From the NCBI GenBank assembly GCA_964035575.1, contig OZ037834.1:1736001-1800000 (forward strand): a DNA stretch of 64,000 nt, written 5' to 3'. A program made the translations under genes and the position numbers. Positions 23,292-36,200 of this stretch are shown here, piece by piece. The stretch is from Rhynchopus sp. YZ270_cl-10 (Eukaryota). A model generated the notes under the pieces. The model was not told the origin of the DNA and searched no databases. It saw nothing but the letters and a program-made list of their open reading frames with translations. Position 1 is the stretch's first letter. Each line of letters opens with the position of its first letter.

Positions 23292-23396
23292 TGGGAAATC
23301 TTTTGAAAACTGCGTCGTGATGAGGATCGATGCTTTGCAATTCTCCTTGAATGAGGAATGCCTAATAGGCGCAAGCCATCAGCTGTTGCACTGATT
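23292..23396 (+). rRNA. Degenerate SSU (18S) rRNA fragment (pseudogene)
   Basis: GGGAAATCTTTTGAAAACTGCGTCGTGATGAGGATCGATGCTTTGCAATT...GAGGAATGCCTAATAGGCGCAAGCCATCAGC...TGATT follows the conserved 3' region of eukaryotic SSU. Confidence 0.75.
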
Positions 23397-23736
23397 GGAG
23401 CATTTTTCTGTTTCTGACAGCAATTTTTTTTGACCAATGAGACAATAGTTTCCACAGAGGATTCTCTCCCTTCCGGGACGGTCCGCTGTGAAATTGGGCG
23501 CAAAAAGGGGGGTAGATAAGAAAAGCAATAAAAAAAAATGGACTCATTTTTTTCCCCTCTAATTTATCAATGATTTCCTCTAATTTACTACATATTTTCA
23601 CCTTTTTTTTCACCAGGAAAAAAAAAACAAACACACACACTAAAACATTCCTTTTAGCCGAGAAAAAGGGCGGAAAAAAAAAGGTTGAATGCACGTTGAT
23701 AAGTAGCAGCAAACCTAAAGAAAAAGAAGGGGTACT

Positions 23737-26700
23737 ATGTCCGAGCTTTTTAAAGCCATGGTGCGACTGAGCAATGGGACTGATGCGAGTGGCTTTACCG
23801 CGAAGAGTGACGGTGTGACCTCCGTTTTGAACAGGGTATGGCAAAAAAAAAAATTGCACCACAACGGGGTTTTCAGTAAAAAGCCGCGGTAAAACTTACT
23901 AAAGAGGGGGGTTTTTATTTTAAGGTGACTAAGCACGAGAGGCTTAGGATCATCTTGTAAACTTTTCTTTTATTTTGATGGTGTTGCGTCGTTTTTCTAG
24001 ACTCCTGGGTGTCGTTAACGCTGCATCTTAATACAAACTGTTCTATCAAAAGGGGTTTCCTTTAGACACATCTTCACTCTTTTTCGTTTATTTCACAACG
24101 CCACCCTGCCCCGTACCCACAGAACCAGCTCCTCACCTACGGTGGTGTGGTGACCGACAAGGTGTGGGGCCTGAATCTAACCACACTGAAGTGGGTGCAA
24201 TACCAATGCACGGGGTGGATCCCGCTGGCAAGAACCTTTCATTCCGCTGCAGTCTATGGCCAGCATATGGTATGCAGCTCACTTTCCGTTCTGTGGTGAG
24301 CGTTTTTGTTTTTTCGGATGGGGGAATGACTGTGTGCCTGCTTACAGTTTCCCTGTAGGCAACTTCCAAACACAACACTCCGGGGCTCGATATCCCGTTT
24401 AAAAGACAGCGGTGCTTACACAGCTTGGCAACTACACTATTTCAACAATTCTTCTAAAACATAATACAACTCCTCACACAGCTTGTCTACGGCGGGGTGT
24501 TGGAAGGTCTTGCCACCGAACCCGACTCCTCACCTTACTACGAACTGGACCTGGAGACGTACGACTGGATGCGTGTACAGACCTCTGGGGAGGCACCGGG
24601 GGTGCGTGCGTATCACACTGCGGTTGTGCATGGGGGGCGGATGATTGTCTTTGGTGGGCAGGATTTGTCACATGGTCCGGACCATGCGGTCACTGCCGCC
24701 GATGTGCAGCAGGCGAAGGCGGGGGGCTTCTTTGACCTCTTCGTCTTGGATATTGCGTCGCGCACGTGGTCGCGTATAGCCGTTGCACAGGAGGCACCCA
24801 TGCTGTGGGGGCACAGTGCAGTGCTCTTCAACAACTACATGCTTGTCTACGGCGGCTTCGATGTCACACCCGAGGAGGCCAGCAGCGGGGTCGTCACCTC
24901 TGCACCCGACGCGCCACCGAGCTGCTCCCTCAACGAGAAGGTCTACATCCTTGACCTCACGACGAATGAGTGGAAGATCTCTACCCCGTCCCCCCACGCA
25001 CCACACCCAGTACCACGTGGTCTCCATGTTGCAGAGGTGGTGGGGGCAGAGCTGCTCATCTTCGGTGGCATGACCTTCGACGACGCAGGGCGTGCCATCA
25101 ACGTCAACGACGCGTGGGTCTGGGACATCGCGATTGGCCGCTGGTCGCAGGTGGAGTTCTGCATTCCCTACTGGCCGAGCAAGCAGCTTCTCAGTGCGGT
25201 GCACGAAGGTCGCCTCATGGTGTGCAGCGACCTCACTGCGGTTCACGTTCTCGACTTCAACGACCGCCGCAAAGGATGGGTTAAGTACGCCACCGACCCT
25301 AGCCTTATGTTTGAAGACCGTCCTCAGCCACCACTACAGATCCCTGCCAATCCCATCCTACCCCCTCCAGCAGCGACACCACCGGTTGAGACACCGGCAG
25401 TAGTAAACACATCGCCGATGGTGTCGCCGGCAAGGGTGGAGGCAACCCCGGCGCGGTACTCTCCTGAACCAGCAACGTTGACACCACCGTTGCATCCACA
25501 GCCACAACCACAGCCACAGCCTCCACAGGGTTATTATGAAACGCAACCACAAAGACCTGTCAGACACATTGCGTCTCCTACCGTTCCTATGGTCGCACCA
25601 TTGCCGCCGGCGCCTGCATTAGCAAGAGCGCCGCCTCCACCGGGGCCTAGTCCAAGAGCACAGCAAGCGCAGGAGGAGGCAATGGAAAGACAGCGTATGC
25701 TACTGGAGGATGCGCGCAAGGCAAGGCAGGAGGAGGCGGTGCGGAAGCTGCAGAGGGAGATGAACACCTTGCAGGGTGAGTTGGGCGACCTGGCCGCGTT
25801 GAAGGAGAAGCTAGGTACGTCGACGCTGGCGCACAATGCGAACATCGGAGGCCCCTCTGTGTCGCCGCATCGTACGCACAACGTTGCATATCCTCCAGTC
25901 CCCTTGGGGGATGATCCCAGAGGGGCCAACCACTCCCTCCAGGTCAACGCCTTGACGAGCTATCTCGATAAGCTGCAAACACACCAAAAGTCTGTCATGC
26001 AGGAGCAAAAGAAGCGCCACAACGATTACCTCGGGGATCTGAACGACACGCATGCGGAGCATGTTAAGATGCTGAAACAGCGTGCAGACAGCCAGATCAC
26101 CGCGCAGCAGCAGATTGAAGCCATTTCGCAGACAGTCGACGTTGAGGAAAAGCTTCGCGAACAGATGGAAGCGATCCAGAAGACATACGCCTCCATGATG
26201 GAACTGCAACGCGAGCCCGAAAAGCTTCCATCACGCACACAAACACTCTACCCCGACGGTGCGGTGCCCATGGTGGAGATGCTCGGACGCCTCTCAAAGA
26301 TCAACCGCCAACCTATCGTCGAGCCTCAACGCGGCTGGGGTCCTCAAGCAAACTCTGCACCCCCTCCACCCGGCTACGCATCACGCGCCCCCTCCGCTTC
26401 AGTACCTTACAGCACCGTCCCCGCATCACCCATGGCTATCCCCCAGGTCTACCCACCTGCCCCAGCACCCACCCTACATACCTACCAGACCGCCCCACTA
26501 ACAAGCCTTCCCGCAAAGCCTCCAGGCAACCCCATGCTGGCAATGCTTGGCAAGACCGCAACTGGAGGCGCGTTTCCGGTGCCACAGACAGTTCCATCGA
26601 CCCCGGTTGGTCAAATGGGGGCAGGTGGACCGATAGGGTACGGACCTGGAGGGGTACCACCTGGGGGGCATGCGGATTTGATCAACCAAAAGGCAAGCCA

Positions 26701-26974
26701 TCTGCAGGATATGCGTGGCTCCCTCCAATCCATGCGGGACACAGTAAAGTCACCGAACACCTGGGAGGATGCGAAGCTCAGCCCCGCACGCTACTCCCGC
26801 GCCTCCTCCAGTCCAGGGGCATACTGGGAGAAGCTCAAAGGCATCATGGGTGACGACTACGTCGCAATAGAAGGCGACGGTGTCGGCAACATGGGCAACC
26901 TCCTCTCCCCTTCCCACTCAGGGTCGCCACTCCCAAGGGGCGACACCTCCCTAGAGGCTGGGTATCGAATGTGA
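23737..26974 (+). CDS. Kelch-repeat beta-propeller protein with Pro-rich and coiled-coil C-terminus; join(23737..23835,24123..24161,24482..26974)
   Basis: RAYHTAVVHGGRMIVFGG, WGHSAVLFNNYMLVYGG and RGLHVAEVVGAELLIFGG Kelch motifs. The two upstream exons are inferred from phase-0 GT-AG junctions and are less certain. Confidence 0.88.
23924..23956 (+). repeat. Hairpin repeat family A copy in Kelch gene intron 1
   Basis: GGTGACTAAGCACGAGAGGCTTAGGATCATCTT. Confidence 0.9.
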
Positions 26975-27210
26975 GATAGAACCAGCTTTTTTTTTTTTTT
27001 TGCGAGATCTGTAGACATGGCACATCTTGATATTTTGTGCGAATTTTAGAAGACTTCCTTTCCCCTCCCCCTGCCCCGTCTCCCTCCCAAAAAAAAACCA
27101 TGTATTTTCTGTAAAATGGCTGAATAAGATAGTGGGAGGGTGTTGTTTTTATCCTTTTCCTCCCCTGACATCATGTAACAACTCATCTCACAATACAGGG
27201 CCACAACACG

Positions 27211-30200
27211 ATGGCTGGGGCAATCGCCCTCGTCGTGCTTGCGGTTGTCGGTGATCTGCCTATATACTCAGACTTGACACCGCCGGCGCCGTATGTTAGT
27301 GTGAACAGCACATGGAACACTTCGAATTTTGCGTCGAATTTGCAGAGGCCGTTCCCGACCGGGCAGTGGTGGACGGCGTTCGCAGACCCAACGGGCACTG
27401 TAGACCCTGTGATCAACGCACTGCCCCTGCTTGTTAAGAGGATTGAGTGTGGGTTCGCCTTGGCACCCCCGACACTGACGTTTTCTAATGTGAATCGTGC
27501 TGCGTCGCACAGCTTCACCGACGACGTGACAGTGCGGGTGAGTACAAGCGCAACCGGGTGTGCGTCGTCGATCACCGGATGGGATTCATACTCAGTGACG
27601 ATGCTGCAGAGCGTGCCGCAGGGGTTGAGTGCGGGTGACGGGATTGAGTCGATCTTCGCGCGTGGGTCACCCTTCGCGTCGTTCAGGGCTGTGGGAGGTA
27701 CGTTTGCGGAGATCACCTTCAAGGACCGCATCCGGCAGGTCTCGAATGTGCAGATCAACGGTGCAGTGCCCGTCACGGCAAGCATGCTTAACATCACCAC
27801 AGAGGAAGGCGACGCGTGGCTCGTGTTGCTCCCACAAAAGACGCAGCTCACGATCACACGCACCAGTGTTGTCTACACAGAAGCAATGGACGGCTGGGTG
27901 CGTATCGCATACATCCCCACCACAGGAGGCTCGATCGCTGCCGCGTCCGAGTACCTCGTTGAGCACGGCAGCTGTGTCGCCCAAGGTGGTTCGCCCAACA
28001 CAGACATACGCGGCACAACACTGACAGTGGAACACAAATGGAACGGGGCAGGCAACACCTGCAACCCGCTGATGCTCACTGCGCCCCACCACAGGACATT
28101 CTGGAAAGACACGTGGTCGACTGCGTGGCTCAGCAGCCCGCTGCAGTACGAGACGCTGATGGGGGTGCTCATGCCTGCGCCCGCACGCTTCACGTCGTTC
28201 ACGCTTGCGCATGACGTTGTGGCCGGGTTTGACGACCTTACCACACGGGCGACAAACCTGCAGCTGTGCGAGGAGTACTTCCTTCACAACAAGGTGCTTG
28301 TGGACGATGCGTACCTCCTGGGCACCGTCCAGACAGACTCGAAGAACGCAACCGGAGAGGACGAATCCCTTCGGGTCAAGAGTCAGGAGCTCTACGGGCT
28401 GGCGAAGACGTACCGTGTGGCACGCCGTCTGAGTGCAGTGAAGATGGGACAACGTCTGCAGACGCGGATGTTTGAGGTGCTGTCAGGCATGACTTCGCTT
28501 GCTGCATACGACTCGACGTGGGGTGGCATGGTCATCTCGCCCCCAGACAGGCCCCTCTCCGAGAGCATCACCGACCAGTACGAGAACAACACAAAGATCT
28601 TCGGACGCATCCTCTATGGGTACGCAGAGCTCTACGGCACCCCGCCTGGGAGCGTCAAGCCTGCACCGACACCGCCAGCCTCTATCTCCGTCTTCATCAC
28701 GGCGCTGCTGCGCACGGTCATGTTCTCCGGCACCTCCGATTGGTACCCACAGCTGCGCAACTACGACTTCTACACGGCGCTGTCCTTCTCAGGTGGGCTT
28801 GTGGCCGACACCGAGGAGGGGAGGGTGTTGTCGGCCCCGTCAGATGCGCTGATTCAGTGGCAGGCTGCACGCGATGTGTCGACGCTGCTGGGCATTGCGA
28901 ACGCGACACAGCTGGCAACGATTCTGTTCACAATGGAGGCTGCCTCTGTGGGGGAGTACTGGCTGGCGCTCAACAGCAAGGTGGGAACGTCTTCTGTTGC
29001 AGTGGCGACGTACGGAACGATGAGCCTGTCGTCGCAGGACCAGCTCACAACACTGTCGCCTGTGGGCGAGCATCTGACGTCCCTGCGGACGGAGATTGCT
29101 TTGGTGGGGCGTACCACACAGATCATGACGAACCTGCTGCAGACGGTGCCGTCGACACTGCAGGACACAGCACGCCCCCTCGAGACGAACACATACGACC
29201 TCACGCTCCTCGGCATCATCAACGGCACGCACACGCTGCAGCTCCTCGAGAACGGCGTCAGCGTGAACTACACAGTCATGGAGCCGCTCTTCTCCATTGT
29301 TGAGTACGCCGTGCTCTCCGCCGACCCCTTCGCACTCATCCCCTGCAGCGAGATGTTCAGCACCTGGAACGGCTCACTCCCACTGACAGTGGTCGGACGC
29401 CAGCTGTGGTACAAAGACTCCTTCAACTACCAAGTGCGCTCCATCGACTACGTCCCCGGAGTGATCTACCGTGAGCCCACCCAGACCAACATCTACGGTT
29501 CTGTGTACGAGCGGATCTTCAAGCGTGACTTCCCGCGTATCAAAGACGCAGGGTTCAACACCCTGAAGGTGCGGTGGTTTTCGAGCAAATCTGTGTTGGG
29601 GATGACGGAGTTTGTGAACCTTGCGGCGGAGTTCGACTTGAACATTATTTTCACGTTTTCGGCGAGTGAGGATGAGGTGCTGAACAACAGGCATTTGACG
29701 GAGCAGCGTTTCATCGATGCGATGGATGCGATGGCCGACAAGTCAAACGTGATCATGTGGAACCTTGAGTCGACCTCCTTCGTGAGCATCTCTGTCGACG
29801 GTGCCTACAACTACCTGACGCTGTTCCGCCAGCTGCTGCGTATCCGTAACAAGTACGACTACTACCTGCGCCGCCCTCTGGCCCTCTCGCTTCTGCCCTT
29901 CTACGCCGATGCCTTGGCCGTGGGTGGACTCAACCCTGTCGACATTTACACCGACGGAGTTGAGATTGTCATCATGACGGTGTACGAACTGAACCTGACC
30001 TCCACACGAGAGCTGCTCGCAAAGGTCGCCCACCCCATCCACATCAACCTGCAGTCGGACTCGTACCACGGGATCAACGAGACGCAGGATGCTGTGTACC
30101 GTTCAGAGTTGCTGTTCAACCAGACGCAGATGGTGTTGGCATTGCACCACGAACACGAGGTGTGTGGTGTTGGTGTCATTGAGTGGGTGGACGAGTGGTG

Positions 30201-33200
30201 GCGTGGTGAGGACTCTGACTCTGACAACGACTGTTCGGACCCATCTCCCGGGCGTCACAGCCACTGTGCGACGCGCGTGATCGACTTCCACGACGGAGAG
30301 ATCAACCTTGAGCACCAAGGTCTGCACTTCCAAGAGGACAAGTGGCTGCTGCACTGCATCTCCCCGAAGCCGTCCTACAACGCTGTGTCGCGTGCGCTGA
30401 CCGGCACTTCTGTGGACCACGGCGAGTCGTGCCTCTTCATCCCCCTCGACAACTTCTGGGCCTGGTTCGTCATGATCGCGTCTGCAGCCTTCTTCATTGC
30501 AGGTATCGTCCTCTGCACCTCCATGCGTGTCCTTGCCTCCCGCAAGAAGCGCCGTGCCGAGAACAAAGGTGCCCAGTCGGGCACCCGCTGGCTCCAACCA
30601 GACATCTCAAAGATCTCGCGTATCATCGTGAAGCGTACCTGCACCCTCCCGCACACACAGACACCCTTCCAACGCATTGCCATCCAAACCGAGTCGGGTC
30701 TCTCCTCCAAGGACCCAGCCCCGCTCTCGGGGGAGTGGGAAGGCGAGGTGCTGTGGTCCGAGCTGGACCAGGTGCGCGAGCTTGGGGTGTTCCTCCAGTT
30801 TTCGGCCCTGCCAAACAATATTGGGTACACGATCCAAGGACAGGATGTTGGGAACAAATACAAGATCACTGGACAGACACGGTCGCTTGATGTTGCGCAG
30901 ACCTCTGGGATGCCGCGTACGAAGGAAGACGGGTCGAAGCTGCTTGTTGAGCGCTACTTGGTTGAGTTTGTTGCGAAGAACATGATCCCGGACCAGGACG
31001 GTGGGGTGGACGAGGACCTTGAGTTTGTTGGTGTGTGGGAGAAGTGGGAGTCGCTCCCGAACGAGGACGGCGCCACACGCATCTCTGAGGTCATTGCTGG
31101 CGGTGCTGCTGCAGCCCCTACCATCCCACGCGGCATTCAGACTGGGTGCAGAGTCATCGACCACGGCGAACCCTTCGTCGAGTTTGCCGGATCCTTCAAA
31201 CTCAGCCCACAGCCCGAGATCGACCCCTGGTGTTACAACAGATGGCAGTGTGTACGTCTCCAGCTGGAACGCCTGCAGATGCTTATCTACGACGAGATGC
31301 TCTGCCAAGGCCGCTGGGGGACAGAGGCCAAGTACCAAGAGACCGACGCTGCCTTTGACTACGCAGTGAGCACCCTGCACTACCGTTACATGCATTCTTT
31401 CTACGGATGGTGCCACGCGCAGGGGCAGGTCGGCGGGATCCTCGACATCCCAGACGAGGCGCAAGAGAAGCGGACCGACGAGCAGCTGACGGAGCTGCTT
31501 GCGCTCTTCACGCTGTGGCAGCTGGGTGAGCAGATGACGCTGTTTGCGGGACACTGGCTGAGTTGGAACTTCCACTACTTCATGAAGTTCAAGAAGTTCC
31601 CACCGACACACGTGATCAACGATGGGCGGCACTTCATGGAGACCAACCTCACATTTGACGACCTGAACGAATCATGTGCGTTGATGCCGTACTACGATGT
31701 GCCGCATCAGTGTAACGAGTACTGCCAGGAAGTGTGCTCGATTGCGCTTGAGGAGAAGGGCCAGCGTGCGATGCCGAAGCTGCTCCTTCCCGACGGCAAC
31801 GTCGACAAGAACGAGACCATGCGCTACCCCTTCTTCAAGACGTTCCGTGAGCCGCGCAAGTGGGGTGTCGTGTTCTACATGCTGCACGATGGGTTCTTCA
31901 TCCTGCACACAACGATCCTCATGTTCTTCTTCTGGGCACTTGTCGTACACTTCTCCGACGACAACGGCAGCCACGCCCTTGGCGAGGTCATGGAGCGCTC
32001 CTACAACGTGTGGAGTGGACAGCCGGACTCAATGCGCTTCATCTTCCTGGTGCTGTGCAAGATCGACTTCTGGATGGTCATCATCCACGAGTCGCTTGAT
32101 CTGTGGATCCTTTCTGGTATCACACAAAGCCCTGCGCTTGGTGTCCTGGGGACACGTGTGTGCAGCATGTTCGGTCTGATGGTGTGCTACTGCCGGTGCT
32201 GCTGCAAGCGGCAGAGGGGCGCGACAGACATCCGTGAGATCTCATGCCAAACGTTCTGGACGGACACGACGTGTCGCCGTATCCGACTGCGTCCGTTCTT
32301 CCAGCTGCGGTGGTCGTCGTACGTTGCGCTGGTGTCGTTTGCCATCTTCTTGGGTGAGTCGCTCTTTGAGAACGACGCAACCGTGTCGAGCATCCGCATC
32401 ACAGGGCACCTTCTCGTCCGCATCGGCTTCCTGCTGATCTTCAACGCCGTCATCACACTGTGGCCGCACAGACTGCACGGTTCCCCTGTACCGGCCGATG
32501 GGACGTCGCGCATCAACCACACTGCGTTGGTCATTTCGTTCTTCTTCTGGCTTCTCATTTACTCAGGCGCGTCGGTGTTCATGGCATGGACGATGTACCG
32601 CACGGAGAATACAGGGTTTTCGTTCTGTGACTGTGATGGGTTGCAGTCGGACATTGAGGACCACGGTGCGACTGAGTTTGGACGGGACTTACTGAGCAAG
32701 GTGTACTCTTGCGTGCGTGACCAGCCACGTTGCTTTACGGCAGTGTTTTTCATCTGGCTGTCGACGTGCGTGATGTTTGCGATCTCTGTCCACGGGGTGT
32801 TCCTGCTGGGTGTCGTCTTCCTTGGCGGTGTGAAGCACCTTCTCATGCAGTGGCAGAACAAGAAGTCGCGCAACCTGCGCTCCCACAAGATGGAGACGAA
32901 GTTCATCCTCTCCGCAATCAACGTCAAGCTGCTGTCCTTCTCAGACCCGCGAGACAACAAGCTTGCTATGCGCGTCTGGAACAGAGTCATCGAGGTCATG
33001 CACGAAGAGGACCTGCTCACATCATACGAAAGCGAGACCCTGCAGATCCACCCGCATATCGTCGACATCCAGTTCACACTCGAAAACGCCTTTGCAAAGG
33101 AACGCATGTCAGGCTTCCTTGAGTACCTTCAGAGCTCTACTGAGTTTGACGAGACGTTAGGCCCCGTGCAGTGCTACCCATCTGTGTCGGTGATCGTGCC

Positions 33201-36200
33201 TGTGTACGGTGAGAACGTCCTTGCCGACAAACGTGCCCTTCGTCTCAAGGCGCGTGGCGACCACCAGCAGCAGTCGCAGCTGCACTTCCTCGTTGAGTGC
33301 TACGAAGACGAATGGAACAACTTCATCGAGCGCTGTGTCAATGAACAGCGTCTCTTCCGTGGCGCGCTGCTTGAGGACCAGATTGTTGCCCTGCTGCAGG
33401 ACAAACAGACCCTGCAGGAGGAGTTCGACTACATCAAGAAGCGTGCCCTCAAGCCTGACCAGCGTCTGCGTGAGGTCTGCGGGAAGCGTGTTCTCGAGCT
33501 CTTCCACACGCGCCCGAAGCTCTTCAGCGACGAGGAGTTCGACGCTGTGTGGTGGTGGGCGTCGATGCGCATGCAGACTGTGGGCCGCACCATCCGTGGT
33601 ATCGAGCGCAACCGTGAGGCGATGCGCTTCCTTCTGGAGCTTGAGTCGGACTACACGCAGTCTGCGACCATCACCCCGACGTACATCGACATGATGTCTT
33701 CGGACAAGCTGCAGATTGTGATGGCCCTCCAGCGCATGTCGAACAGCAAATGGTACGACTCCAACAAAGAGGCGCTTGCAGCTGCGTGGCGGCGCTTCCC
33801 TAAGATGCAGGTGGTCTTCGACGTGGAGACGGCAGACTACCGCATGGCACCCGAGGTGTACCAGAAGAGCACGTACCTGATGCAGGACCTGTGGGACTGC
33901 ATGGAGTTCGCCTCTTGTGTTGCGCTGTGGGACGTCACGACTGAGGACTGGTATGTGAACCAGGTGGTGGGCAGGCGTCTGCCGCTGCGTATGACTAAGT
34001 CGGACCAAGTCAAGTGGAGCATCCCCGGCCCCATGCAAGGCAAGTCCGTGAACCAGGCACACTGTCTCCCCTTCTGCAAGGGGCAGGTCATCCAGACCGT
34101 CGACTGCAACCAGGACGGCTACTTCGAGGAGTCCCTCAAGATGCGGTCCCTCCTTGGGAAGTTCTTCCCGAGGGAGGACAGAAGGTGGTCGGAGTACAAG
34201 GTGGTGGGCCACCCGGAGTACGTCATCACGATGCAGTCGGGCACAGTCGGACGCTACGCAGGGTACGCTGAGTACATCTTCAACACGCTCTTCCAGCGTG
34301 TGCTCTCTACCCTTGGGGCACGCATGCACTACGGGCACCCCGACTACTTCGATGCCTCATGGGTGGTCACGCAAGGTGGGCTGTCGAAACCCAACCCCCG
34401 CCTGAACCTGAACGAAGATATCTTCGCCGGCTACCACATCAAAGCCTCTAAGGAGCACACCATCCACATGGACGACATGAAGAGCGGAAAGGGGCGTGAA
34501 ACGAACTTCGACGGCGCAATGGGTTTCGAGCAGAAGCTTGGCATGGGTGCGGCAATGCAGTACCGTTCCCGCGATGTGTTTGAGCTGTCGCGGTACTCAA
34601 ACTTTTTGGAGCGGCATTCGATTTTCTTTGGGTCGATTGGGATGTACGTTTACTTGGGACTTGTGTTCTCGCAGATCTTCACCACGATGATCCTGCACAT
34701 CTCCTTGCAGCTTGCAGGGAAGACCGAGTACGAGCTGAGCGGGACTCCTTACGGAAGCGAGTGGATGCTTCAGGTGACGTTGCTCGAGGCTCTGCCGCTT
34801 GGAGTGCAGCTTATCCTTGACTACGGCGTGTGGGGGCTGTTCCAGTGGTTCTGGGACTTCACCGGTGTGACGTGGTTCTTCTTGTTTGTATTCCTGACCA
34901 AATACCAGGCGTTCTGGGGCTCTGTTGTGCAGGGCAACGGGACGTACGTTGCTACAGGCCGTGTGGACCCGCTGTACCGCCGTTCATTCCGCCACATGTG
35001 GCGTCTCTACTCGCACTCCCACTTCATGTACGGCTCTCTGCTGCTCGCATTGGTAGTCCTCTTCATGGACATCACCAGCCTGAGTGGCTGGCGTGCGTTC
35101 ATTCGCTCGATCTTCCATTGGATGGTTGCCTTTGCTTGGATGGTCACACCATGTCTTTTCAACCCCTCTCTGACGATCCGTGGTTTGTTGAAGGACATTG
35201 TGCGGTTCTTTTTGTGGGTGTGGGGCGACGCCATTCAGAAGGTGAAGGGAACAGAAGACAGCCATACCCTTGGGGAGGGGCAACACAACGACAGAGGTGG
35301 CGAGAAGAAGAAGCTGGGTGAACTGTTCAACACTCTTGTCCGCAAGAACCGTGGTGATGCCGAAGGGGACGAGGCTGCGCAGTCTGGCGCCTTGGTGAGC
35401 AAATCACAGCGTGACGATGCGAAGACGCTTACTGCGTCACCATCGACCGAGTTTGGCGACAAGGACTCCTTCTTGGGCCTGCCTGCTGCAGAGGAGGAGC
35501 AACTAGAGAAGGACTTTGGTGTGAACGTGCTTTCCGAGCAGTCCTCTGAGGTTGTCGACGACTTTGGGGAGATGGAGATTGGCGACAACAAGCCGATTGC
35601 TGCTTCTACCGAGCATTCCTTTTCTCCACGCAACTTGCGTGGCTTTGAAGAATTCTACGACGCTGATGCACATCGCCCCACTGTGGGCACACGCCTCAAG
35701 AAGTTCGAAGACGACGACGAAGGCCTACGCGACTCAGACGAGCTCACCATGGAGCACTTCATCGACCGCGGTGTCGACCCCCGCACCCTCGACAACCTTG
35801 AAGACGTTTTCAACAAGCTCGATGCACGCAATCAATACCGTGGTCTCATTGGCCCCGAGCTCATCTTCCTTGGCTTCCTCAGTCGTGGTATCCGAGTAAA
35901 GCCCAGCGACGTCGAAGAGCACCTCCACGCACTGAACGTAACGGAGGTGACCCTCGAAGAGTTCTGTCTGATCTACTTCATGGTGGAGGGCACCAGCGCG
36001 CAGCTGGACAACTATGGGATTGACTATGCGATTGAGAATCTGCCGCAGGAGAAGTACGACTCAATTCTGAAGCAGCAGGAGGAGATGAAGAAGTACCGTC
36101 AGTACGACGACCCGCGCGATTTGCAGGCAGAATCCTACATTCAGTTTGCCTACGCGCTGAGACGCAGCAAGGCGGTGCGTGAGGTGCAGTTCTACGACTC

